Shown here: one piece after another, positions 52,096 to 62,657 of the stretch | How positions within the stretch are numbered: the stretch's first letter is position 1 | How the letters are laid out: each line of letters opens with the position of its first letter | NCBI GenBank assembly: GCA_963826525.1 | Contig: CAWGXH010000004.1 | Coordinates: 992,001 to 1,056,000, forward strand | DNA length: 64,000 bases | Source: an uncultured Methanomicrobiaceae archaeon | GTDB lineage: Archaea; Halobacteriota; Methanomicrobia; Methanomicrobiales; Methanoculleaceae | Direction: 5' to 3' | Position numbers and translations under genes: made by a program | The notes under the pieces: generated by a model | What the model saw: only the letters and a program-made list of their open reading frames with translations | The model's database searches: none | Told to the model about the DNA's origin: nothing

Positions 52096-53405
52096 GAATA
52101 TCTCTCCAGTCCCGGGAGGTGGATAACTCTCTCACTGATTGTCTGCACCATAGCAGGTGTGATCAGCTGCCCCTCTATCTCGATCTCTCTGCCGCCGGCC
52201 AGCTTCCCGAAGAGCGGCCCCGGCGGAACCCCCCGTCTGCGCGCTTCTTCGGGGTCGAACCGCGCCTTTCGGATGAGCAGGCGATCTCCGTCGACAACAG
52301 TGCTTTCGCTGATAAGTAAGAGTTTTACACACAAGGTAGTTAAATCATTTGCGAGTCGAGGTTCCTCGGATTCGTAGGTGATGAAGGTTGCTGCGACCTC
52401 TTCGGAACCTTTTGAGAGATGAATTGCCGGCATTTCAGAAAGGGACTGTAAAAAATCCTCTTTATAGGATTTTATTACTTCTTCGATGAGTTCAGGGGCG
52501 ACGGAAACCGGTACGGGTCTTCCCTGTCCCGGGAGGGTGTGGATATGTATCCTCGATCCCGGCAGAATCTCTTCTGCGAGGCGGCGGATCCGGAGATACG
52601 TCTCCCATTCAAGCGTCCCGATCTCCAGGATCTCGCCTTCCGTCAGCCTCGGTATGCCCACCCGGGCGAGCAGGTCATCGAGTGCGGTCTCTTCGGCCTT
52701 TGTGACTGCTTTTTTATCGACGTATGCCGCCACTGCGCGGCTCTGCTCCGCCATTGCCCGGATCATCTCGAGATCCAGCGTTGGGATCTGGCGGCTCGGG
52801 GCGATGTGGCCGAATGCCGCCCGGGACTGGAGGGCGATCTCGGTCTGCCGGACGGCATAGTGCGTGCCCCCGAAGCCGATTAGGGGAATCGTCTCTCCAC
52901 GCTCCGCCGAAAGGATGCTCTCAGCCACCGCTTTTCCCGCTGCCGGGTCCGTCCACTCCGCATGCGTGCTGCCGATCTCGATGAAGAGCGAGGGCGTGGC
53001 GAGGGCGGTGGGGCCGTGGTGCGTTACTTCGTACGACACCCTGTAGCCGTCCGGGGCATTCCGCTTCAGATTCCGGAGGAGGGCGTGCATCCAGTCAGGT
53101 GCGGCGGGGGCGAGGGCGCGCGCCTCTCCGCCGAGATCTGCCGTGCCGAAGTTGCCGGTGACATGGACGGTCAGGGCGGGCACCGGGTGCCTGCTCGAGT
53201 GGCGCGAGATGAAGACGATCAGGTCGGCCTCTACCTCCGTATCGATACGCTCCTGGTAGATGAGTCGTTCGTCGACCTCGAAGAACCGGAGGGTGTGCCG
53301 CTCGGCGAGAGGCCATCGCCTCTCCTCTCCGAGCAGCAGAAGCAGGTGCTCTCTGATGTTCGTCCCGGCGAGGTCCTGCCGCGAGTTGATGAACGTGATA
53401 TCCAT
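52092..53405 (-). CDS. dtdA: D-aminoacyl-tRNA deacylase (DTD2) with a long C-terminal extension
   Basis: [16 protein letters not shown]; YEVTHHGPT; FIEIGS; GFGGTHY. Confidence 0.9.
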   Translation of the reverse strand: MDITFINSRQDLAGTNIREHLLLLLGEERRWPLAERHTLRFFEVDERLIYQERIDTEVEADLIVFISRHSSRHPVPALTVHVTGNFGTADLGGEARALAPAAPDWMHALLRNLKRNAPDGYRVSYEVTHHGPTALATPSLFIEIGSTHAEWTDPAAGKAVAESILSAERGETIPLIGFGGTHYAVRQTEIALQSRAAFGHIAPSRQIPTLDLEMIRAMAEQSRAVAAYVDKKAVTKAEETALDDLLARVGIPRLTEGEILEIGTLEWETYLRIRRLAEEILPGSRIHIHTLPGQGRPVPVSVAPELIEEVIKSYKEDFLQSLSEMPAIHLSKGSEEVAATFITYESEEPRLANDLTTLCVKLLLISESTVVDGDRLLIRKARFDPEEARRRGVPPGPLFGKLAGGREIEIEGQLITPAMVQTISERVIHLPGLERYS

Positions 53406-53500
53406 GGCTCAAAGAGGGTATGGAGCGAGGATGCTAAATGCTACTGGTTGATCGGCCTGTACAGTAAACCCTATCTCTCTCGACACACATCATGTGTACC

Positions 53501-53680
53501 ATGGATGAGAAGATACGCGAGGCATTTGCAGCCTATGGTATCGAAGACGAGATAACCTGCCCTCAGGCGTTCGAAATATCGGAAAAATACGATATCCCGA
53601 AGGCGGATATCGCCCGATACTGTAACCGGCGCGAGCCGCGGATCAAGATCCGGGGTTGCCAGTTGGGCTGCTTCAGATGA
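53501..53680 (+). CDS. Small Cys-motif protein coupled to moeA
   Basis: ITCPQAFEIS..YCN..IKIRGCQLGCF; ATGA overlap with moeA. Confidence 0.75.
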   Translation: MDEKIREAFAAYGIEDEITCPQAFEISEKYDIPKADIARYCNRREPRIKIRGCQLGCFR

Positions 53681-54879
53681 GGCTCTTTCTGCAGGTCGTC
53701 CCGGTCAGCGAAGCGGTCAGGGTCGTTCGGAGTATCGCCCCCCCCGTCCCGCAGGAGAGTGTTCCTCTCGAGGATGCTCTCCACCGCATCCTTGCAACAG
53801 ATGTCCGGGCAGACGTCAATATCCCGGGTTTTGATCGCTCAACTGTCGACGGATACGCAGTGGCTTCAACCGATACCGTGGGAGCCGGCGAGGCGATACC
53901 GGCCATGCTGCACTATCGCGGCCGGGTCGCCATGGGTGGCCGGGAGCCGGGGAGTATCGTTCCCGGGTCGTGTATGTACGTTCCCACGGGGGGTGTCCTG
54001 CCGAAAGGAGCCGATGCCGTCGCCATGATCGAGTACCGCGAGCAGCTCGGCGACGATGTGCTGGTTCACCGCCCTGTCGCTCCCGGGGAGAATGTCGTTC
54101 TTGCGGACGAAGACTTCGCCGCAGGGGAGATTGTCCTTGAAAAAGGACGCGCCCTCTCCCCCCGCGATATCGGGGTGGCGGCGGCGGCCGGTGCCGAACA
54201 GGCAAGTGTCATGCGTGTCCCGAAAGTCGGGATCATCTCGACCGGCAACGAACTTGTCCCGATAGTCGCCGTGCCCCGTCCGGGTGAGGTCCGTGACGTC
54301 AACTCGTACCTCTGCGGAACCTATGTCATGGAGCGGGGGTGCCACCCTGTGTACTACGGCATCATCCGGGACGAACGCGAGAACCTTGCCACGACGCTCT
54401 CTGCCGCACTCGACCAGTGCGACTTCGTCCTCATCTCCGGCGGGAGTTCGAAGGATGAGCGGGACAACACGGCGGCCGTCATCGCAGACCTCGGTGAGGT
54501 GCTGGTGCACGGCGTTGCCATCGCCCCGGGGAAACCGACGATCATCGGGCATGCGTCGGGGAAACCGGTGATCGGCCTTCCCGGCCATCCGGCATCGGCG
54601 TATGTCGTCCTAGTGGCGATCGTCGATCACCTGCTGGCGGCGATGATGCAGACGGAGGTCTCGCGCCGCACTGTATCAGCCGTCCTCTCCCAGAACGTCC
54701 CTTCTGCGAAGGGCAGAGAGGACTATGTCCGGGTGGCGGTGAAGGACGGCCGGGCGACCCCGGTCTTCGGGAAATCAGGTCTTTTAAACACCCTCACCCG
54801 CAGCACCGGGCTCGTCCGGGTGCCGGCAGGCAGCGAGGGGCTCGAGGTCGGCGAGGTGGTCGAGGTGATCGTGTGGTGA
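53677..54879 (+). CDS. moeA: Molybdopterin molybdotransferase MoeA
   Basis: PGFDRSTVDGYAV; STGNEL; SGGSS; IAPGKP; GLPGHP. Confidence 0.95.
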   Translation: MRLFLQVVPVSEAVRVVRSIAPPVPQESVPLEDALHRILATDVRADVNIPGFDRSTVDGYAVASTDTVGAGEAIPAMLHYRGRVAMGGREPGSIVPGSCMYVPTGGVLPKGADAVAMIEYREQLGDDVLVHRPVAPGENVVLADEDFAAGEIVLEKGRALSPRDIGVAAAAGAEQASVMRVPKVGIISTGNELVPIVAVPRPGEVRDVNSYLCGTYVMERGCHPVYYGIIRDERENLATTLSAALDQCDFVLISGGSSKDERDNTAAVIADLGEVLVHGVAIAPGKPTIIGHASGKPVIGLPGHPASAYVVLVAIVDHLLAAMMQTEVSRRTVSAVLSQNVPSAKGREDYVRVAVKDGRATPVFGKSGLLNTLTRSTGLVRVPAGSEGLEVGEVVEVIVW

Positions 54880-56751
54880 AGCGCTACCTCTCGCTGATCT
54901 CCCTTGCCGAGGCGCACGACCTCATCGCCCGGTCGTTCACCTTCGCATCCGAGAACCGAGACCGTCCCCCTCGAAGCGGCGGTCGGGCGGATCACCGCCG
55001 CTCCCGTCTTCGCCCGCTTCTCGGTTCCCGAGATTCACCTCTCCGCGATGGACGGGATCGCCGTGCGGAGTGCCGAGACCGCCCGGGCGAGCGAGCAGCA
55101 GCCGGTCACGCTCACCGATACCGTCCGCGTCAATACGGGCAACATCGTGCCTTCCGGATACGACGCGGTGATCATGATCGAGGATGTCTGGGAAGAGGAC
55201 GGGAGGTATACCATCCGAAAGGCCGTCAGCCCGTGGCAGCACATCCGCCCGGTCGGCGAGGATATCGGGGAATCGGAGATGATCGTGCCGTCGCACCACC
55301 GGGTCCAGCCGCACGAGACCGGAGCACTCGCCGCGTACGGCGTGACCCACCTCGACGTCCTCTCCGTCCGGGTCGGTCTGATCCCGACGGGCTCCGAGCT
55401 CGTGCCCCTCGGCGTGCGGCCGATCCCCGGGAAGGTCGTTGAGAGCAACACCCTGATGGCCGCATCGGTGCTGCAGGCGGCGGGTGCAGCTTCGCGCCGC
55501 TACCCGATCGTCGTCGACGAGTACGATCTTATCAGAGACGCCGTCGTCCGCGGTGTTGCCGAGAACGAGGTTCTGCTGATATCCGCCGGTTCGTCGGCCG
55601 GAACCCGCGACTTCACGGCGGATGTCATTCGGGAACTCGGCGAGGTGCTCGCCCACGGCGTCGGGATCAAACCGGGAAAACCCGTCATCATCGGACGGAT
55701 TGCAGGAAAACCCGTGATCGGGCTCCCCGGCTACCCCCTTGCCGCCCTCACCGTTCTGCGTGAGATCGTTCTCCCGCTTCTCGCGCGGTACGGCCTCGTG
55801 CCGCCTGAACCGGAGCCTGTCGATGCCCGCCTGACCACGAGCCTCCACTCCGATATCGGGACCGACGAGTTCGTCCTGCTGACGACCGGCAGGATCGGCG
55901 ATGCCTGGGTTGCGGTGCCCCAATCACGGGGTGCGGGCGTCCAGATGAGTGCCGTCCGGGCGAATGCCTATCTGCAGATCCCGGCCTCTTCGGAGGGTGC
56001 CGAGGCCGGAGAAACGATCGCTGCCCGCCTGCGGGTGCCGAAGAAAACCGCGGAGGAGGTGCTGCTGATTACGGGAAGCCACGACCCGGCGCTCGACTAT
56101 CTCGCCGACCTCGCGAGGAGCGGGGGAGTCGATCTCCACTCCACCCACACCGGGAGCATGGGCGGGGTGATCGCGCTCCGGAAACGAGAGTGCCATGCAG
56201 CGCCGATGCACCTCCTCGCCCCGGACGGGAGTTATAACATCCCCTACCTGCAGCGCTACCTCCCCGATGCCGATCTCCTCTTGCTCTGTGTCGCCGAGCG
56301 GCAGCAGGGGATCATCTCCCGGGAGGGGATGGGGCTCGACGAGATCGCGGACCATACCTTCGTGAACCGGCAGAAGGGGTCGGGCACCCGGATGCTCCTC
56401 GACCACGTCCTGCAGCAGCGAGGCATCAATCCGGCATCCGTCAGCGGCTACGAGCGCGAGGTGACGACCCACCTCGGGGTGGCCCTCTCCGTGAGAACCG
56501 GGGAAGCGGATGCAGGGATGGGTGTCTACAGTGCTGCGCGCGCGCTTGACCTGGCCTTCACCCCGGTCGCGACGGAACGCTACGAACTTGTCATGCACCG
56601 GGACATGCTCGACGATCCCCGGGTCGCAGTCCTGATCGAGACGGTCTCCTCGGGCCGGTTCAAACAGGTTCTCCGGGATCTCGGGGGCTACGTGACGGAC
56701 GAGACAGGCGTGATGCGCGAACTGCGAGCAGGACAGCCTCCTCAGGGCTGA
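54876..56751 (+). CDS. moeA: MoeA fused to a periplasmic-binding/LysR-substrate domain (frameshift near 54950)
   Basis: SAMDGIAV; PTGSEL; GLPGYP; GSHDPALD; NRQKGSGTR. Confidence 0.9.
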
Positions 56752-57142
56752 TGCACGCCATCACCCCTTCTATCTTCCAGGTCAGGTAGCCGAAGACCGG
56801 TTTCTCCATCTTTAATGCGAGTGCGATCTCCGAGAGCGTGCCGTATCCGCCGCCGACGGCGATCACCGCATCCGCAGACTGCACGAGCACGACGTTCCGT
56901 GCGTGACCCATATCCGTCCGGATGGCCACGTCGAGGTAGGGGTTCCCCTCGCCCGTGCCCGGCAGGATGCCGACCGTCACTCCTCCTACCTCCTGCGCGC
57001 CCTTGCAGGCGGCTTCCATGACGCCGGAGAGACCGCCGCAGATCAGCGTCTCGTGGTTGCCGGCGATGAGGTAGCCGACCGTCTCTGCCGCCTCGTACTC
57101 CTCCGGTGAACAGTCTCCCCGTCCGATGACTGCAATCTGCAT
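56660..57142 (-). CDS. TIGR00725/LOG-family protein
   Basis: CGGLSGVMEA; TDMGHARN; GGGYGTLSE. Confidence 0.88.
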   Translation of the reverse strand: MQIAVIGRGDCSPEEYEAAETVGYLIAGNHETLICGGLSGVMEAACKGAQEVGGVTVGILPGTGEGNPYLDVAIRTDMGHARNVVLVQSADAVIAVGGGYGTLSEIALALKMEKPVFGYLTWKIEGVMACISPEEAVLLAVRASRLSRPSRSPRDPGEPV

Positions 57143-57267
57143 AGGTGACCTTCGGTCGCCTCCCGATAAAGAGGTGCTGCCGGTCTCTCCAGGCGGGAAG
57201 TCCTCCAAAACACTTTGTCTCTCGAAGACCACATTATACGATAGAGTGTGTTTATGAGGGATACAAG

Positions 57268-60200
57268 GTGAAAGAGGTCACCAGCAGCTACGATGGGCCG
57301 ATGCTCGAAGCGTGGGCTCAGGAGTTCTGGGCGACACGCGATACCTATGCGAAAGTGCAGGAACTGCGGCGCACCGGCAGGCCGTTCTTCTTTGTCGACG
57401 GACCGCCGTATACGACCGGCCACATTCATCTCGGCACTGCCTGGAACAAGATCCTCAAAGATACCATCCTCCGGTACCACCGGATGTGCGGCAGGCAGGT
57501 GATCGAGCGGGCGGGCTACGATATGCACGGCCTTCCCATCGAGGTGAAGGTGGAGCACGAGCTCGGGTTCACATCCAAGAAGGATATCGAGGGATACGGG
57601 ATTGCGGCCTTTATCGAGCGCTGCCGGACGTTCGCCGAGACCCACAAAGACCTCATGAGCGAGCAGTTCAAACGGCTCGGTATCTGGCTCGACTTCGATG
57701 ACCCCTACCAGACGATAAAGGAGGACTATATCGAGGCCGCCTGGTGGACGCTGCAGCGGGCGGACGAGCGCGGCCTCCTCGAGCGCGGACACCGGGTCGT
57801 GAACTGGTGTCCCCGTTGCGAGACTGCGATCGCGGACTCGGAGGTGGAGTACTGGGACGAGACCGACCCGTCCATCTTCGTCAAGTTCCCGCTTGCAGGC
57901 CGCCAAAACGAGTACCTCGTCATCTGGACGACTACTCCGTGGACGCTTCCCGCAAACGTCGCGGTCGCGGTCGACACCGATTTCATCTACGCCCGGGTGC
58001 TCGCAAAGAAGGATCTCGGCGAAGAGATTCTCTGGATCGCCGAGGATCTGGTGGAGTCCGTCCTCAGGCTCGGCAGATACCGGGACTTCGAGGTGCTCGA
58101 ACGTAAGCCCGGCAGCGACCTTATCGGCACCGAGTACACCTCGCCGCTCGCCGACCAGGTGCCGCACCAGCGGGAGATCCGCCACCGCGTCGTCGCGGCG
58201 GATTTCGTCACGATGGAGAATACCGGTCTTGTCCATATCGCCCCGGGCCACGGGTGGGACGACTACCTCCTCGGCGTGAAAGAGGGGCTGCCCGCCTTCT
58301 GCCCGGTCGACGGCGGCGGCTGCTTTACGCCCGATGCCGGAGCGTTCGCCGATATGTACGTCCGGGATGCGAACGACGTCGTTATCGACGCGCTCGGCGA
58401 CTACCTCCTTGCCCGAAAGAAGATCGTCCACCGCTACGGACACTGCTGGCGGTGCAAGACGCCGATCATCTTCCGGGCGACGGAGCAGTGGTTCCTGAAG
58501 GCGACCGAGATCCGCGACAGAATGCTCGAGGAGATCGCGGGCGTCAGGTGGCACCCCGAGTGGGCCGGCAGCGCCCGGTTCCACGACTTCGTCAAAGAGT
58601 CGCGCGACTGGTGCATCTCCCGGCAGCGCTACTGGGGTATCCCGATCCCCATCTGGCAGTGCGAGGACTGCAAGGAATACACCGTGATCGGCACCATCGC
58701 CGAACTCGAGGAGCGTTCCGGAGCGACCATCCCCGACCCGCACCGCCCCTACGTCGACACCGTCACGCTCCCCTGCTCCTGCGGCGGCGTGATGCGCCGG
58801 GTCGAGGATATCTTCGATGTCTGGTTCGACTCGGCCGTGGCGTCGTGGGCGACGCTCGGGTTCCCCCGGAAGAAGGAGGCGTTCGAGAAGTACTGGCCTG
58901 CCGACTTCATCACCGAAGGGCAGGATCAGACCCGCGGCTGGTTCTACTCCCAGCTCGGGGCGAGCACCATCGCTTTCGATCGTTCCCCCTACAAGAGCGT
59001 CCTGATGCACGGGTTTGCCCTCGATGCCGAGGGACGGAAGATGAGCAAGAGCCTCGGCAACGTAGTGACGCCCGACGAAGTGGTGAACCAGCACGGCGTC
59101 GACGTGCTCCGGCTCTACATCCTCTCGGCGAGCGCCCCCTGGGACGACCTGAAGTTCAACTGGGATGGGGTGAAGACGGTGCACCGGGCGGTCAACATCC
59201 TCTGGAACGTCTACCGCTTCCCGCTGCCCTATATGATCCTCGACTCGTTCCGGCCCGAGGCCGGTCCCGAGGGTTGGGACGGATCGTTCGTGCGGGATCA
59301 TATCCGCGAGATGCCGGAGGAAGACCGCTGGATCATCTCCCGGGTAAACTCCCTCGCCCGGCAGATCGATGCCGACCTGGAGGAGTACCAGCTTCACCGC
59401 GTGACCCGTGGGCTGACCGGTTTCATCCTCGAGGATCTCTCCCGGTGGTACGTTCCAGCTGGTCCGGTCCCGGATGTGGCTCGAGGAGGACTCGCCCGCA
59501 AAGCGGTTCGCCTACGAGACGATCTACTACGTTATGCGCCGGCTGATCGAGCTTCTCGCCCCGTTCGCACCGCATATCACCGAAGAGATATTCCAGAACC
59601 TGAAGGTGGAAGGCGACGTCGAGAGCATCCATATGACGGACTGGGCTGCGCCAGCCGATCTCCTCATCGACACGCACCTCGAGGCTGCGATGGACGTGAT
59701 TCGTTCCTTCGACGATGCGGTCGCCAACGCCCGGCAGGCGGGCAAGCGGAAGCTCCGCTGGCCGGTGGAGGAGTGCGTCGTCGTGACGGAGAGCGACCTT
59801 GTCCGGGACGCCATCCTGATGTTACAGCCGCTCGCAAAAGCCCGGGCGAACAGCCGGAACGTTACGGTCGTTGAGGGTACCTGGGACCGGCTCAATTGGC
59901 AGGCAGAACCGGTGATGCGGGCGATAGGGCCAGAGTTCGGGAAAGAAGGGCCGAAGGTCAAGGCTTTGATCGAGCAGGCAGACGGGAACTCCCTTAAGAT
60001 CGCGATCGAGACGGAGGGGAAGGCGGAGCTCGGCGGGTATCCGATCACCGCCCGCCATGTCACCTTCACCGAGGCGATGCCGGAGGGTATCTTCCCCGCT
60101 CCCATGAAGGATGCGACGGTCTACGTGGACGTAACGCTTACACCCGGCCTCGAAGCCGAAGGGTACGCCCGCGAGGTCGTCCGGCGGCTGCAGGAGATGC

Positions 60201-60448
60201 GCCGGCAGCTCAACCTGAACGTGGACGACTGCATCGTCGCCGAGGTTACCGTCGACGACCCGCGGGTTGCCGGACTGATCCGGTCGGAGTGGACGGCCGG
60301 GATCAGCACCGAGGTCCGGGCGGAGGAACTCATCATCCATGCGCCGGGGGATGGGACGGGCCCCGAACGGCAGTGGGCGCTTTCCCACGACTGGGATGTT
60401 GAAGGCGTCCCGATGCGGATGGGAATCTCACGGGCCGCCGCAGAGTGA
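57268..60448 (+). CDS. ileS: Isoleucine-tRNA ligase (frameshift near 59455)
   Basis: [13 protein letters not shown]; [10 protein letters not shown]; [10 protein letters not shown]; KMSKS. Confidence 0.96.
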
Positions 60449-61165
60449 TCTGACGAGCAGATCCCCTTCCGAAGTTGAAAAGAGCGGGGGGTCGTCGAGC
60501 ACGCTGACGACACTCCGGTCGGTCACGACCGCTTCTCCGGTCAGGGGATTGTACCCCTCTTTTTTGACCTTTGCCCGATAGACCAGTGTCCCGCGCCGCT
60601 GCCACGCCGGGGTCTCCGCGAGGTTCACCCCACGGGCATACATCATATCATGCATCGCCGGCGACTGCATCCCGGAGAGTCTCGCTGCCGCCGCACGGGA
60701 CGAGAGCCCCTCCTCGATGAGCGCGTGCTGACAGTAGGCGTTGATGTGGTTTCGCCAGGCCTCATTCTGGCGCCAGGTGAGGTACTCGACCGCAAACTCA
60801 GGGGATGCGGGGATCACCCGGGCGTCGAAGGCGAGGGGAGTTCTGATCCCGAGTTCTATCGCGAGACTGCTTGCAGCGAATGCTGCCGTAACCGAGTCGA
60901 GTTTCTCGACCCTCCCCGTGAACGGCAGTGTGGTGAAGAAGAGACTGATCTCGTCGGAGAAGGTATAGGCGAATGCGGGTTCAAGTCCACTCTCCGAGAG
61001 CAGCTGCCTGCAGACCATTGTCATGCTCTCGTGGAAACCCGGATCGAACGGTTTCGCGAGGCTAAGCTCGCGGGAGAGGCGGTGAAACGCCCGTCCGTCG
61101 AGTCTGATGAAGATCGGGGGAAATATTGTCAGGTTGGAGAAGATCTCCCTCTCGTGCATGGTCAT
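60428..61165 (-). CDS. thg1: tRNA(His) guanylyltransferase Thg1-like 3'-5' polymerase
   Basis: IRLDGRAFH; YTFSDEIS; FDAR; WRQNEAWRN; PAWQRRG. Confidence 0.92.
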   Translation of the reverse strand: MTMHEREIFSNLTIFPPIFIRLDGRAFHRLSRELSLAKPFDPGFHESMTMVCRQLLSESGLEPAFAYTFSDEISLFFTTLPFTGRVEKLDSVTAAFAASSLAIELGIRTPLAFDARVIPASPEFAVEYLTWRQNEAWRNHINAYCQHALIEEGLSSRAAAARLSGMQSPAMHDMMYARGVNLAETPAWQRRGTLVYRAKVKKEGYNPLTGEAVVTDRSVVSVLDDPPLFSTSEGDLLVRSLCGGP

Positions 61166-61211
61166 TGCAGCAGGGTGGCACGCCTTGGGCCGGCTTTACG
61201 AGAGAGCCTGT

Positions 61212-61475
61212 TTACTCCTCTTTCTTCTGCGATTTGAAGACGCCCGCGATGTGGCGGATCAGGACGACGTCCCCGATACTCTTGATGATGCGGAAGGGTA
61301 TCTGCAGCCCCTTATAGCCTTTGAGTTCGCCGATCTCGGGGTTTAAATTGCCCACTGCGAGCGAGTCTATCTTCTTTGCGTCCACATCGATCACGACATC
61401 ATCAACACTCCCGACGTATACGGCCTTGTCGGTATAGACATTCAGTCCGAACAGCTCTGTGATCTGGGTTCTCAT
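61212..61475 (-). CDS. PRC-barrel protein (CdpB-like)
   Basis: ITELFGLNVYTDKAVYVGSVDDVVID..IPFRIIKSIGDVVLI. Confidence 0.85.
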   Translation of the reverse strand: MRTQITELFGLNVYTDKAVYVGSVDDVVIDVDAKKIDSLAVGNLNPEIGELKGYKGLQIPFRIIKSIGDVVLIRHIAGVFKSQKKEE

Positions 61476-61526
61476 CGGTATCCTGTGAGGGTATAGAACT
61501 ATAAACGTAAAAGGATACTCCTTCTC

Positions 61527-62657
61527 ATGGAAGCCTCGCTACAGATAGGAAAGATTGCCGGGATTCCCGTCAAGTTGCACTGGAGTTTCCTTCTCGTGAT
61601 CCCCCTTTTTGCCTGGATCATCGGGAGCCAGATAGTCCTGACGACGGAACTCATCGCCAATCTCTTCAAAGTCACAATCGATATGACCTTGATCACCGCA
61701 GGGTGGAACCCCTACATCCTCGGGGCGATCGTGGCGCTCGGCCTCTTCTTCGGGGTATTCATTCACGAGATGGCGCACTCGCTCCTCGCCAAGTCAAAAG
61801 GGCTCAAGATCAACAGTATCACGCTCCTGATCCTCGGCGGCGTATCCTCGATGGAGGAGAACGTCCCCGATCCCAGGGTGGAACTGCCGATGGCGCTCGC
61901 AGGCCCGCTCACGAGCCTCGGTATCGGACTTATCTGCATCGCTCTCGTCTATATCTCCACTCTCATCCCCGACCCGGCCATCGCGGGCGTCCTTATCTTC
62001 AGCTTCGGATACCTCGGGCTCCTGAATGTTCTCCTCTTCGGGTTCAACCTGCTGCCTGCATTCCCGATGGATGGCGGCAGGGTGCTCCGCGCCTGGCTTG
62101 CGAAAAGGATGCCGCTCAACCGGGCAACGCGGATCGCTGCCGATGTTGGGAAGGCATTTGCCGTCGTCTTCGGGATCGTCGGGTTCCTCCTCTTCAATCC
62201 TATCCTGATCATCATCGCGTTCTTCATCTATATCGGGGCGAATCAGGAGGCGACGACGCTGCGCTATAACGTCCTTCTCCAGGACGTCTCCGTCGCCGAC
62301 GTCATGAGCAGCCCGGTCAGAACAGTCCCGCCGACGATGCCGGTGACCGAGGTGGTGCGGTTGATGTACGAGACCAAACATCTCGGGTTCCCGGTCGTCG
62401 AAAACGGTGCGCTCGTCGGCATCGTCGCACTCTCCGACGTTCACAAACTCTCGCCGCAGGACCGCGAGGCGATGCAGGTGAAGGATATTATGTCACGGAC
62501 TCCCGTCACGCTTTCCCCGAACGCCCCGCTCATGGATGCCCTGCGGATCATGTCGGTGAACGACATCGGCCGGATACCGGTGATCGCCGGCCGCGATCTC
62601 GTGGGGATCGTGACCCGCACGGACGTCGTCCGGGTGATGGAACTGAAAGAGGCTTAA
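61527..62657 (+). CDS. Site-2 (M50) metalloprotease with a CBS pair
   Basis: HEMAH; AGP; NLLPAFPMDGG; two CBS domains. Confidence 0.95.
   Translation: MEASLQIGKIAGIPVKLHWSFLLVIPLFAWIIGSQIVLTTELIANLFKVTIDMTLITAGWNPYILGAIVALGLFFGVFIHEMAHSLLAKSKGLKINSITLLILGGVSSMEENVPDPRVELPMALAGPLTSLGIGLICIALVYISTLIPDPAIAGVLIFSFGYLGLLNVLLFGFNLLPAFPMDGGRVLRAWLAKRMPLNRATRIAADVGKAFAVVFGIVGFLLFNPILIIIAFFIYIGANQEATTLRYNVLLQDVSVADVMSSPVRTVPPTMPVTEVVRLMYETKHLGFPVVENGALVGIVALSDVHKLSPQDREAMQVKDIMSRTPVTLSPNAPLMDALRIMSVNDIGRIPVIAGRDLVGIVTRTDVVRVMELKEA

Noticed and set aside
56660-56751. 92-bp convergent overlap of moeA and the LOG-family gene
   Set aside because: Both overlapping tails are low-information, and such 3' overlaps are common in compact archaeal genomes.
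47999-60448. Programmed frameshifting in rplP0, rpl11, spt5, moeA and ileS
   Set aside because: No consistent slippery motif is evident, and the indel density across unrelated genes is better explained by sequencing error.
60428-61165. Pyrrolysine read-through in Thg1, as in some Methanosarcina
   Set aside because: The ORF is continuous with no in-frame TAG.
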